NCBI GenBank assembly: GCA_013265495.1
Contig: MU061578.1
Span: 505,308-569,307 of the forward strand
DNA length: 64,000 bases
Reading direction: 5' to 3'
DNA from: Vicugna vicugna
Taxonomy: Eukaryota
Part shown: positions 37,166 through 49,240 of the stretch, piece after piece
How the letters are laid out: each line of letters starts with the position of its first letter
How positions within the stretch are numbered: position 1 is the stretch's first letter
Translations under genes and position numbers: made by a program
Notes under the pieces: model-generated
Database searches by the model: none
Told to the model about the DNA's origin: nothing
The model's input: the letters and a program-made list of their open reading frames with translations, nothing else

Positions 37166-38417
37166 TATCTGTAGGATCTTAAATGGGTCCAGAAAGCATG
37201 ATCTTCTCTTCCCCACACTGGCTTTCTTTCACATCTTTGAACACAACAAGCTCATTATCAATTTAAGACTCTTATGCTTCACGTTCTCTTTGCTGGACCT
37301 CATTGCTCCCAGGTATTTGGGGGACTGGTTCTTTCTCATCATGGAAATCTGCTCACATGTCACCACATCAGAGGAGTCTTCTTAGGATCGCTCCCCCCAC
37401 CCCAACACCCCATCCCACTCCCATCCCTTGCCCACTCTGCATCCTCTATGTCATTGCATTAGGCAGGGTGATTTGGGGGTAAATGGAGGTAAGTCAATTC
37501 AAACCAGTTACCAAAATAAAGATGTATCATGTCACATAATAGAAGTAAAGGACTCTACAGTTGGTAAATGCAGCTGTTCAGTGATGTCATCAGATGCCCA
37601 CATGTCCCATTGTCTTTTTGCTTCACCCTGTAGCCATAAAAATCGCTGCATAACCCTGGCATTATTTGCAAACAGAACAATGTCCATGGGAAGATTGCTC
37701 CTATGTTTTTAACTTAAGAGTCAAGAATTTTTTCAGATAGACTCTGACCTGGTAGCAGACTTTGCCTCATCTCTCATTAGCCAGAACTGGCTTAGCTGCT
37801 TACTTGTAAACCAATCACTGCCAAGGAAAATGAGATTACCATAACTGGTAACCAGTCAGAGTCCATCTATCCACTGGTGGATATCTGAGCAAAATCAAAA
37901 TCTGGAAATAAATGCTAGAGAGGTAACGCACTGCCTTCTACACCGATTTTCCTAGTTTATTTTCTTCACTGTGCCTAACACTTTTAGAAATAAACTTATT
38001 TTGTTTATGGCCTCTATTTTCCTAATAAAATATAGATTTAATAAGAGCACTTCTTCTGTCTTGCTCACAACAGTATCCCCATTCCCTAGCACAGCGTCTG
38101 GCCCGTAATAAATGCAAAATAAATCTTCTTTGTTGAAAGAATCTCGTTTGCTGAATAACTTATTTCAAATTGACTTTCATCCTTTCATATTTTCCTTTGT
38201 GAATCTCCAACAATGTCTACTGCACGCTATGACAGGCAGGGCCCCATGTAGTAAGTGGGAAGAGAAGAGTGAACAGGATGGATGTGACCTTTAGGAGTTC
38301 TCTGTCTAAAGGGGGATAAAACAGAGGAGAGTTGCAATAGGGCTTGACTCTTTCCTGCCTCTACACATCTGAATTAAGCCCAAAGGTTCCATACCAAAGT
38401 AAAGTGACTTTCTTTGG

Positions 38418-38640
38418 CGTGGACTCTCAAACTTCAGGGTACATTAGAACTGCCCGAGTTGCTGATTAAAAGTGCAGGTGACTGTCTAAATTCCCTGCCC
38501 CAAATTTTGAGGTTCTGATTCATTAAATCAAGATGGGTTCTGGGAATCTTTGTTTCAATAAGTTCCAGAGTTATTATCTTCTGTGAACTTTGGAATGGTT
38601 GGAATCAGGTGGCCCATGGCCAATCCTTTGAGTGGCATGA
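38418..38640. mobile_element. MER5B-like DNA transposon
   Basis: 'ctcaaacttcagggtacattagaa...ttaaaagtgcag...ttctgattca...gggaatctttgtttcaataagttcc'. Confidence 0.6.
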
Positions 38641-38742
38641 TTCTATAAGTCTCATTTTCTTAGGATAAGCTTGGAATCTTGGGGTTGAGGGGACAGAAAG
38701 AGCTTCTGAAAGACCTTCCTCCTATCTTGAAAGACTTCCTAG

Positions 38743-38901
38743 TAGGGTTTCCACATAAAATACAATTAAATTTGAATTTCATATAAACAATGAATTTTTT
38801 TTTTTAGTGTAAGGCTTACTCATGCAATATTTGGGATAGACTTTGCAGTTCAAATTTAACTGAGCATCCTGTATTTTTATTTGCTAAACCTGACAAATCT
38901 G
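38743..38901. mobile_element. MER53 palindromic hAT MITE
   Basis: 'ataaaataca..ttaaatttgaatttcatataaacaa...catgcaatatttggga...ttcaaatttaactgagcatcctgtatttttatttgctaaa' matches recalled MER53. Confidence 0.85.
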
Positions 38902-39413
38902 CTTTTTAGGGAAGCACAAACAGGTGCAGATACTTTTCAGAATCACTGCTATATCATATAATAAGTCCTATGACAGGAAGACGTGTATGGTATGACACGA
39001 GCCTAGAGTTAGGAAGAGTGGGCAAACTCAGGATGGAAAGTGAAGGAGGCCTTCCTATAGGAGCTACATTTAAGTTGAAACCTGATAGATGAAGAGGAAG
39101 CAGCCTGGGGAATGGGAGGAGTTTGTGTTCCACAAACTGAGGATAGGCTAGGCTAATCAGCATGGAGACCAGAGAGCAGACCCCCGCTGGAGGCAACACA
39201 GGCTTCTCCCTGTGGACAGAAGATGGAAGGCCAAGGAGACGGCGCTGACTGGAGGGAGGCCCCAGGCCGGACTAGCAAGACATCCTGTGCACGTGAATGA
39301 AGCTACCCCAATTCAATCCACCCAACTTACCAGGAAAATGAATTCTTGTCCCCTGGGTGATGCTTAAGGATTCTGACGCAAGGATTCTGAGTCAAATTGT
39401 GCCTAACTGAGCA

Positions 39414-39550
39414 CAATGGTTCTCAACCCTGGCACATGGGCCTTGCCTCAAGCAAAGAAACCAGGATCTCTTCGTGGGGTACAGGCCTAGGAATGGGGCT
39501 TTTTTAAAGCTGTGAGTGATTCAACTATGCAGACAGGGCTGAAACCAAAG
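39414..39550. mobile_element. MER5A-like DNA transposon
   Basis: 'caatggttctcaaccctgg...ggatctc...ttttaaagc..gtgattc..atgcag.cagggctgaaacca'. Confidence 0.6.
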
Positions 39551-39913
39551 CCTTGGGTAAATCATTTCATTGGTTGAGAATCGGTTTTCACAGCTTAAAC
39601 TAATGTGAGAGATATCACCCCCTTACCACCTTTCCTGTGTGACTTAACCAAGAATCCAAGTAGGAAAACCACTTCGTTAAGTGTGAAGATAGCGCATGCT
39701 GGAGTCTTTGGTTGGGATCCCAGTTTCAAATCGTGGTGTGACTAGACACAAGGCATTTAATTCTTCTGAGCCAACCTCCTCCTGCTAGAGGTATGGTGGT
39801 TGCCACGAGGACTTCATGAACTTACTGTGACTGCCAACTACATAACCCAACTACTCTCGTACTGTCAGGGGACTTGCAAGTTGTGAGTGATCTGATGATC
39901 TCATTCATACCTG

Positions 39914-40542
39914 CGAGGCAGGAAAAACGGATGTGGGGCGTGAGGAGGGCCGTGTCCCAGGCTTCGGCTGAGCCCCTGGGATGTGCCCAGCTGAGTGTGG
40001 GTCCTTGGCTTGGTGCAGGAAAGAATTCAAGAGTGAGCCACCGTTGAGTAAAGGTAGATTTATTCAGAGAGATACATTGAAAGGCAAGAGAAAGGCCACG
40101 AGGTGCGGGGGTTGGGTGCTCAGATTAAAAGTAGGTACACACTCCATAGACAGAGTGTGGGCCGTCTCTGAAGAGGGAGAGAGAGAGAGGGCAGAGGCAT
40201 CGTGTTGCCAGTTTTTAATGGGCTTTGGTAGCTTCATATGTTAATAAGTGGAGGGACCAATCTAACTAGCCTGGGGCAGGGGCTGGGATTCCCAGGAAGT
40301 TGGCCATCTCCCACTCTTTGCCCTTTAGTGACTAGACTTGGGACTGCGATGGTGCCTATGGGCATGTTATTCACCATGCTAATATGTTACAATGGGTGTA
40401 TAATGAAGCTCAAGTTCTACTAGAAGTTAAATCTCCCACATCTTGAGCCTTAAAGCCTACTGGGGCTTGACTCTTTCACCATTTTGATGTTAACTGCTGT
40501 AGCATTTCTTGAATGGCTGTGCCCTGCCCTCTTCCTGTCTCA
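39914..40542 (-). mobile_element. ERV1-class solo LTR (629 bp) with 4-bp TSD
   Basis: Minus strand starts tgagacagg and ends cctgcctcg (terminal inverted repeat, last A changed to G); TSD cctg at 39910-39913 and 40543-40546; minus-strand AATAAA near 40060 and TATA-like attaaaaa near 40215. Confidence 0.9.
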
Positions 40543-43500
40543 CCTGGGTGTTAGTACCTGGTAAGGCCAAAGAGGGGACTTTCTGAAGGCAGATGGTGAA
40601 CCAGGCAAGTAAACATCTGAGCGCGTGTGCCCACGTTTCGCAGAGGTAATTCCATTGGACAACGGGCCAGTAAAACTTAAAAAATCTGCAGCTTCATCAG
40701 TGATCTATGAGGGAAATCCTTAGAGGCTGGGAGAGCCCTCCCCAGACCTATAAAGAGAGCCACTTACAGATATATATGCAACCATTAGAGTTGTCAAAAT
40801 TGTTCACTTGAATTTCTTCACTGGAGTTGTGCTCATTTTGAGTAAATTCAATCAGCTCAGGGGGTTCCTCAGATAAGAAGAGCTTTACACCAAAAAGAGA
40901 CAGAACCAACTGAAAGGTGTTTGGTTTTGTTTTTAAGGGGCATGAAGAGACGTTTAAATTGGTATTTTACTCCCTTCCCTGCCCTTCCCTTGATCTCAGC
41001 TAAAATTTTCTTAGAAGAATGAGAGAATGGCTACTGGAGGAAAGATGGCAGCCACTGTTACTCTGGGGTCAAATGGTAGAGATTAAGGGAGGACTGATAT
41101 TTCAGATGGGGCAATCTGGGAGGGCCTCTCTGAGGAGGTGACCTTGGGGTAGAGAAGTAAATGAAATGCAGGAATCAATAGATGCCTGGAGGAAGGGCAT
41201 TTCTGGCAAAGGTGTCTGCACAGGAAATCACCTACAGCCAGGTACCAGAATAAAAATGGTCAGGAAACCACGACATGATGCTAATTAAATGCCCATAGGG
41301 TTTGATGAAAATAGGTTAAAAGCCTGCACTGGTCACAGAGAAAAGCCAGGTTCCTTCTCTGTTTAATGATGCTACCATTTTCTGAAATGAGGCATCTTAG
41401 GGCAGAGCCTGGAGTGAATGTATTTCAAAGGAGACTGTTTGACAGATCATCAAAGCAAGTGGTTGGAACACTCATTCCAGGAAAGGGAGGTGAGAGACAG
41501 CCAGCCCCCAGGTTCTGGGCTCCCATCTCTCCAAACCCCTGGCCCTATCCCATTTGAAGATCGCACACTGGCAGACTCTGTTATCAAGAAGCACAGACAA
41601 TGACAGCTGCCAAACCTTCCAGCTTCTGTGAATTATTGTCCAAAGCCCACTCTCTCCCAGGACCACAAATCTCCTTCTGGGAGAAATGATCTTGAGCTGC
41701 TTTCCTGACAGGCTGACTTGCTCCAGGATTCCTCTCTCCTCCTATGCACACCTTGTAAAGTCCTACTTGTTGACTCAAATGTCACTTCCATGGGGGATTC
41801 TGCCCTGATCAAACAGACAATATCAGGTCTCCCTGTCACAGACTCCCTGGGCTTCTTAAGAGCCTCCCAGTGCATAGTTGTCTGAGATAATGTGGTTAAT
41901 GTCTACTCAGGCTGTAACCTCTACGAAGCCAGTATCGTGTTGCTAAAAGGTAAATGTTTAACAATGGTAAAATCATGACTCTCTTACAAATATAACACGC
42001 ACGCATCTCAAACAATTTTATTTAACTCTTTCCTTAATAAAGGAACCAGGGAGATGTCGATACTCAAAGGAGAATCCAAGGGGCAGAGAAATATATAGGC
42101 ACCAGAAATGTTGGGGGGAAAAAGAAGATGTACAGACACTAGCAAAACTGGCAAAACTGGTCAATATCCACAGGGCAAGAATCAATTGCATTCCCTGGGA
42201 CACAATTTGCATTTCTATGAACAAGAATCATTTGCATTGCTATCAGCTTTCTACAATTTACAGAGCTGTAAAATAGCTCAAAGACAGGGAAAGAGTGAGA
42301 TAATGCAGAGAAGGCTGCCAGACAGGACACCCACTAATCTTTCTGGTTCTTGTCGAAGTGTTTCACAGTTTTTCTCAATTTTGCTCATCTTGTTTGCTTC
42401 CCACTGCTTTGCTGAGTGCTCACGACACGGTAGATACTCAGTGAATATTTATTAAAATGCAAGGCAGTGTTGTGGATGTATTTATTGAATGATAATGTAT
42501 TTTGTATCTAGTAGGATGGTCCTCAGTGTTAACCTATGTATATTTCCTTAGAACGCATGTCTGCTTCTGCCTAATGAACAGGTGAAGAAGTCCCATCAGG
42601 ATCCTGGGAGAAAACTCATCCTAAAGAACCCACTTGGCTCAATAGTAAATTCTCATCAGAGGACAGCATGGACGTGACCACACACCTACCACTTTCATCG
42701 AATGAGTGTTTCAAAGAGGCTGGATGCTTTGGGCAAACTTAAGAAAACAGCTTTCCAATGAGATTTGTGAATGCAAAAAGGTTTTAGAATGACAAAGTAC
42801 TGGAGGACAAGATAACAACATAACCATTCCAAATTTGTGTCATGTGGGTTTAGATGCGGGAAGTCTTTGACTCAGCCGAAAAAAAAAATGGTGGTTCCCC
42901 CAAATTTTCAGTTTAGTAGCACATAATTTGTGAAACAAAAACCTCACCCTTTCCCCTCCATTTGATCACATCTATGAACACTTCACAGCTCCCGCATCTC
43001 ACCTCTTGCTTCAAAGTGCCTCACTCGCACTGGCTTTCTCCCAGACCCTGGGAGGAAGCTGGCAATGTGTTTATATGGTTAGGCCTTTTTCTAAACATGT
43101 CAAAGGCAAAATATTCTACCTGGTATTAGTTAAGACTATTTACTGACTATATTTCATTACCCACCCCCATCACATTTCCCCTTGTGTTGGGTGGCTCTGA
43201 ACGAGCAGGAAACTAACAAAACAGCTTCAAGGATGCTAAAGCTGTTCGCTGATTCATTCTGACTTAAAATGTTTTATAACTTGTTTTTCTCTTTTCTCTG
43301 AAAACCCCCCATCTCTGCTTCATTTGCTCAACTGCTTTTGTGCTAGACGGACCCCAACCTTTCCTTAACGCTCTCTACTTTGTAGACATTCTATCCTTTA
43401 ACCCAGAAGCAGTGTTCCGGGAAGGCGGTCACGGGCTGATAGCCTCCGAAGAATGAACAGACCCTCCGGAGCTCCTCTGTGACGCCAGGTGGATTCACTG

Positions 43501-44239
43501 AGATTAAGAAGAACACAACATCTTGATTGTTGTCACCTTACTGTTCTGTCCCGTGTTGCTATAAACCCCCAGGACACCAACCCCAAGATGGAGTCACAGC
43601 TGGCTGTTGCCTTAAAAGCTGTGACTCCTCTTGCTGTCCTTTTTAAATTTTCCCCAGACTCTGCCTGAGTCTCAATTCGGCTGTCGAGGCAGAGTCTGTT
43701 TGTTTTTTGTTTTTTGTTTTGGCAACAGCACTCCAATGGCATTCGGGGATCCAGGGAAGAGAATCTGAGTTGGGGATATACTTAGTTTGGACTGATGTCG
43801 TTTTCAATCATTGCTATGGAGAATTAAATTATTGCCACATCCCAGTGTAGGAATGGCTTCAAGAAATAAGTATACTCCTTCCACTGTGTATATCATCAGG
43901 AGTCACGATATGAAAAAGCTGGGAAGAACTTGTGTTATGATGTACCTGGGTCCTGTAGCTCCCAGACTTGGAAATACCGAATAGTGAGGGAAAGCCACGG
44001 TTTGAGGTGTAAAGAGATAGAATTCAGTCTGTGGGAAATTCTTCCAGTCATCAGATGCATAAAACTGTATGTCCCTGCTTTGGTTCTCATTGATAATTAC
44101 TCAAAATGAAACTGACCACCAACAGGAATACACTAGAAAAAAAATACAGCTTATGCAATTTTAAACGCTACATACTTTTTAAAAGATAGGAGTCATTTTA
44201 AATAGACTTCATCAAAATTCATGGGTTTTTAGGTCACAA

Positions 44240-44669
44240 ACCTACAGCAGAACTACAAAGAGTGAGGATGTGTCCGAAGTCACATGTTTTATGAAGCATG
44301 CTCATCAACATTAACAGAAAAACATCTCAATCAACCAATTATCTTTCTTTTCTATGAAAAATATCACGAATTTTTTGTCCTGTGAAAAAGCAATCTAAGA
44401 ATATGCAGCTAAAAGGTGGAAGAAAGAAGTATCCTGTAGGTGTGTCAGAGGGATAATAAAAAAGAGTACATCATTTTCCTGGATTTTGTGATGTTGGTGC
44501 TTTTAATTGGCTTGTAAAAATTTGTAATTTGCTGTGATTTATGTTCTCATTCTAAATAAGTATCCACTTCCACAGCAGATTTTTGCTCATAATTTTATGT
44601 TCTTTTCCTTAAAGAGGGCTTTGGGTATATCATAACTGTCAGGTCCCATACCTCCTGGACTTTCCCCTG
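44240..44669 (+). mobile_element. Zaphod/MER115-like hAT-Tip100 3' end
   Basis: 'aaaatttgtaatttgctgtgattt..ttctcattctaaataa...ttaaagagggc...cagg.ccca..cctgga...cccctg' matches the recalled 3' terminus. Confidence 0.7.
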
Positions 44670-45018
44670 CTCTTGGTGTGTGTAGGCGGGTCATTCCTCT
44701 GCCTGCCCCTTTCTATCACTGATTCCCTCACCTCTGTCACATCTCTCACCCCAAGAGTGGGAGATGGGGTGGAGGTCAGAAATGTCATATTACACAGTGC
44801 TTGCTTGCTTGTTAATGTTTAAAACTCTTGGAAGTAATATTTACACAGCTGCCATGTAAGGCAGACACGTAAAAATGGCCATGTAAAAATACCAAACTTC
44901 ATACAAAACACATCTATTATCAACACGATCTGACTCCAAATCTCTACCACCAAGCTGTCTTTTCCACCAACATGGAGGCAGCTTATGTGTCATGGAGGAA
45001 ACCCCCAAATAATGCAAA

Positions 45019-45531
45019 TGCAGTAGGCAGAATAACCACCCCTAAATGCCCACATCCTGATCCCCAGAACCTATGTTAGGTTACCTTCTGTGGCAAAGCG
45101 GACTTAAAGTTGCAGATGGAATTAAGGTTGCTAACCAGCTGACCGTAAGATAAGGAGACTCTTGGATTACCCGAGTGGGCTCAGCATAATCACAAGAATC
45201 CTTAAAAGTAGATGAGGAAAGTAAAAGAAGTGAGTCAAAGAAAAGAGATATGACCATAGGAGCAGGGGCAGAGAGACGCTGTGCTGCGGACTTTGAGGAG
45301 GGAGGAAGAGTTCACCAATGCAGGCAGCCTCCGGAAGCAGGAAGCGTCACGGAAGTGGATTCTCCCCCAGAGCTTCCAGAAAGGAACACAGCCTTACCAA
45401 CACCTTAATTTTATCCCAATGAGACCAGTATCCAATTTCTGACCTACAGAACTGCTAAGATAATAAATCTGTGTTGTTTTAAGCCACTAAGTTTGTAATA
45501 ATTTGTTACAGCAGTGTAGGGAACTAATACA
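45019..45531 (+). mobile_element. MLT1D LTR, near full length
   Basis: 'gtaggcagaataa...ttgcagatggaattaaggttgctaaccagctgacc...tgtgttgttttaagccactaagtttg...aactaataca'. Confidence 0.9.
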
Positions 45532-46455
45532 CTAAACATTTGAGTAACCGAGACACTGAGAGATGGGTCCACTACATTAGCTTAGATTCTTTTGGGTATA
45601 AATAATAGAAAACCCATTAGAACTGACCTAATAATGAGAGGACTGTATTGGCTGGCATAACAAAAAAAAAGAGGAGATTCGATTCCATGCCAGAAATGAA
45701 CCAATCACTGTGGCCAGAGGGACTGTCATGACCCAGCTGGCTTATTTAGCCCAAGTCATGTGCTGCACCCACATCCTTCCAACTGAGGGAAAAGCCAGCA
45801 TCACCTGGATCCCCAAATGGAAACCAGCTGTTGTGGGACAGGAGGGAGGAAAAGCAAATTCTGAGAAGACTGCCACAGAGATGGTGTATCTTTCCTTTTT
45901 CTTTTACCCAGTCTGTGAAAGAGAGCCCTTAAATGTGACTAGTGCAGACACATGAAAACAAGGCAAGAAAAAAAAAAAAGTTTGTTGACATTGAACACCC
46001 ATCTTCTGGGTGATTGATCGACTATTTTCTTTATTATTTGCTCTTACCTTCACTCCAGCTCAAATAGTCTGGTGTTCTGCCTGAGGGGTTGATTAATAAG
46101 CCTTCAAAAGCTGGTTGTCTTTAAAGGATTCACCTGAGTCCATTTCAATGTTCTTTTGTTTGTTTCTGTAGCTTAAAGGCCACCAAGTCAGAGTTCCTCT
46201 TGGTTGATTCTCTCCTCCACTAAATGTTCAGTCGCTATTGTTTTATCGCAATCTATTTACAAGAAATGGGTGATTTTTTTCCCCCACGATGCCAGGAGCC
46301 CTAAGCTGTGTTTGTTTATTGCTCCTTTGTGCACCGGAACCTGTCCTTGGGATTCAACTGCCAATGTAAGGGATTAAGGGACTAAGTGAGTCTGACTAAA
46401 GTAGGAATCTTTCAAATGTGCTTCTCGTCCAGCTCTTTTGCAGGCGACTTTTATT

Positions 46456-46458
<3 letters not shown>

Positions 46459-46488
<30 letters not shown>
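46459..46488. repeat. (CA)15 microsatellite
   Basis: Directly visible. Confidence 0.98.
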
Positions 46489-46491
<3 letters not shown>

Positions 46492-47223
46492 GGCCCTTGT
46501 TACGGCCTGGTAGCAAGACAATTACATTTCTCAAGATCCATCTTTTCTTCATGCCATCTTAGAAAACAGAAAAATACACAGGTAAAACAAATGTAATTAT
46601 CCAAACACACGTATTTCCATTTGTTAATAATCTGCTTTTTTGCCTTTGATCGAAACTACCCCAAAGGAATATCTATCCATCCCTTCTGCCACAGAACAAC
46701 ACATTCTCAGTAGCAGAACAGAATCTGCTCAATTGCCTGGAAACTATTTCTGTCAGAAGTGTTTTAGCTCTGCCCCAGGTGATGGTCAGCACCACTTCTC
46801 CTCACTCAGGAAGACCCCACTGAGGGGGGTGGGTGGGGTCTGTATCTGAAGCCAGGACATCTGGGGATTTCAGGGGTGGAAGAAAACATGTACCCATCTC
46901 TAAAGGCAGCGCCCACTGTCCTCCCAGCCCGGAGTGCTCCCCAAAAAGGACTCGGGAATCCAGGGCCCTGACACACAACCACGAGAGCCACCCTCTTTCT
47001 GACTGGCCTTTGTATCTGGTTTAAGTCGGTGTCTTGGTCCATCACACAAAATGGTAATAATGACCATGACAATGACATTCCTGAGGGCTCTCTAGCACGA
47101 TGCGCTTTGCATGTATTAGCTCATTAAATCCCCAAATGGGCAGGAAGCAAGTACCCTGGTCACTCCTGCTTTACAATTGAGGAAACCTATTTCTAAAGAG
47201 CTTAAGAAATGTTCCTGTTATGA

Positions 47224-47430
47224 CTGGGTTTCTCAGCCTCAGCATTAGTGACATTTTTGGCTGAATTAAGTTGCAGAAACATTTTCCTTGACATCATAGG
47301 ATGTGAGCATTATCCCTGGCCTCTACTACTACCTGACAGTAGCTCCCCTCCCCCAGCTGTAATGATAAAAACGTCTCCAGACATTGCCACATGTCCCCTG
47401 GAGGACACAGTCAGCCCAGTTGAGATCTGC
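47224..47430 (-). mobile_element. MER20 DNA transposon
   Basis: 'gggtttctcagcctcagcattagtgacatttt...atccctggcctctac...aaaacgtctccagacattgccacatgtcccctgg'. Confidence 0.85.
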
Positions 47431-48352
47431 TTAATGGCACAGATAAACAGTGGAGTCCAGACTTGAGCTCACATACTTAATTCTAGGGCCCAAATTCTAT
47501 ATCCCCAGGGTATCGACTGCTGACCCGGGACCATCATCTAGCTGAAATACCTTTCTCTTCAACCGACTGTCTGATCAAAGTGCTGTCCCCTCTCTTTCCA
47601 CACAGCTGCCTTCACGAGCTTTCTTTTCTACTCCTTTGCTGTCATTTGTAGCCCTTTGTAATCCAGCTTCTCTCCTCGTATTAAATGCCATCCCTCTTGC
47701 CCATCACAGAATCTGGTATTCTGAAAGCCGACAGGCCAGTGGATTTACTGGCACCCTCCGTTCCTCCGTATCTCCTCTGTGGGACAGATGACACCACGGA
47801 CACACTGAGCTCTCTGGAGCTGGAGGGTCCCAGACACCGCTTTGCTGCTGACCAGCTGTGGGTGGTAGCTTTGCCTCCCCGAGCTTCAGTTTTCCTCTGG
47901 TATAAAATGACACAACCTGTCATCATTCTCATCTCCCCTCTCTCCTCTTGACTTTCAGGAGACTGTATCTTCCTGGTGGCCCTCTGTCTTCTCAGTCTCT
48001 CCTCTGGCTCCTGTGCCTCCTCTGCTTAAAGTTCCATTCTTGGCCCCCTCCTCTCCCCTCCCTGACCCCAGAGCCATGCCCATTTCATAGCCCTGATGAT
48101 CAACATTGCGCCCAGTTTCTCAGGCCAGAAACGTGCTAGTCATTTTGAGTCCTTCCACTTTCGTAACCATTTTAACTCCGTATTCTACGAGTGGGTCCTC
48201 ACAACCCTGTCACATCTCCCTACTCATGTCGTACAAACACCCTGAATCCTTAGATGGTTTATCTTCTTAGAGAATTAACTCATCTATAGATAATTTGCAT
48301 AAAGTTAATTTTCACTTGGGGTTGTTTGTTTACTTTTAGGACCTCGTACCAC

Positions 48353-48776
48353 TGTTCCCAAGTCCAAACTCATACAGCTCACTGCACAACAGGCCAACAA
48401 ATCGAGAGATGAGTTGTTGGGGCAAAAAAAAAACAGCGACTTTATTCGGAAAGCTAGCAGACCAAGAAGATGGTGACTAGTGTCCCAAAGAACCATCTTC
48501 CCTGGGTTAAAATCAAGTTTGTTTTGTTTTTGTTGTGTTTGGTTATTTTTTTTACTGAAAGGGGAGAGGGTAAAGTGCTGTTATGAGAACAGGAAAAGGA
48601 TGCCAGATAGTCAGCAGCAAAATGTGTTCATCTCAGACACAGGGTTTTATCCCTTAAGTCTCCTGGACTGTTTATATCTTTCCATAAACTTATTCTGTAA
48701 GGGGTCAATACACTTACACAGAGGCTGAGGTTAAAACTTTGTCTTAACATTTGCTTTTTAATTTCCACTGCTTTCA
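48353..48776 (-). mobile_element. ERV1-class LTR, ungulate MER41-like (right boundary uncertain)
   Basis: 'tgtt..agtccaa.ctc..caggccaacaaatcgagagatgag...gactttattcggaaagc..gcagacc.agaagatggt.gactagtgtcccaaagaaccatctt'; minus-strand AATAAA at 48441-48446. Confidence 0.7.
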
Positions 48777-49035
48777 AAGCCCATCTACGTTCAACTTGAC
48801 TCTTTCAATGATTCTAACCAAAAGGTGATTGATTCCAGGAAGAGACAATTCCCAGACTCTCTTTCTTTCCCTCTCTCTCCATCTCCCTCCCAGAAAGAAG
48901 GAGTTAATGGCATTTCCACTTGACGTAGCTCCTTCCAATAACCTGTCTCCTTTGTTCATTCTTACAATGGTGCCCTAAATAATCTATTTCTGTCAAATTT
49001 CATATTTCACATCTATTTATTTGCTTTGTCTAGAC

Positions 49036-49240
49036 CTGTGCTTTCCAAGATGGTAGCCCCTCACCACTTCTGACTATTTAAGTCTAATTTAAATCGAGTA
49101 AAATGAAGCACCATAAAGCGCTCAGCTCCTCAGTTGTACTGGCCGCCTTTCAGGTACTTCATACGTGCCTAGTGAATGCTGTATCGGATAACACAGTATG
49201 GAACTTTTACATCATCGCAGTAAAGTCTATTGGACAGAGC
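49036..49240. mobile_element. MER3 DNA transposon
   Basis: 'ctgtgctttccaagatggtagcc...cagctcctcagttgtact...catcatcgcagtaaagtctattggacag'. Confidence 0.8.
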
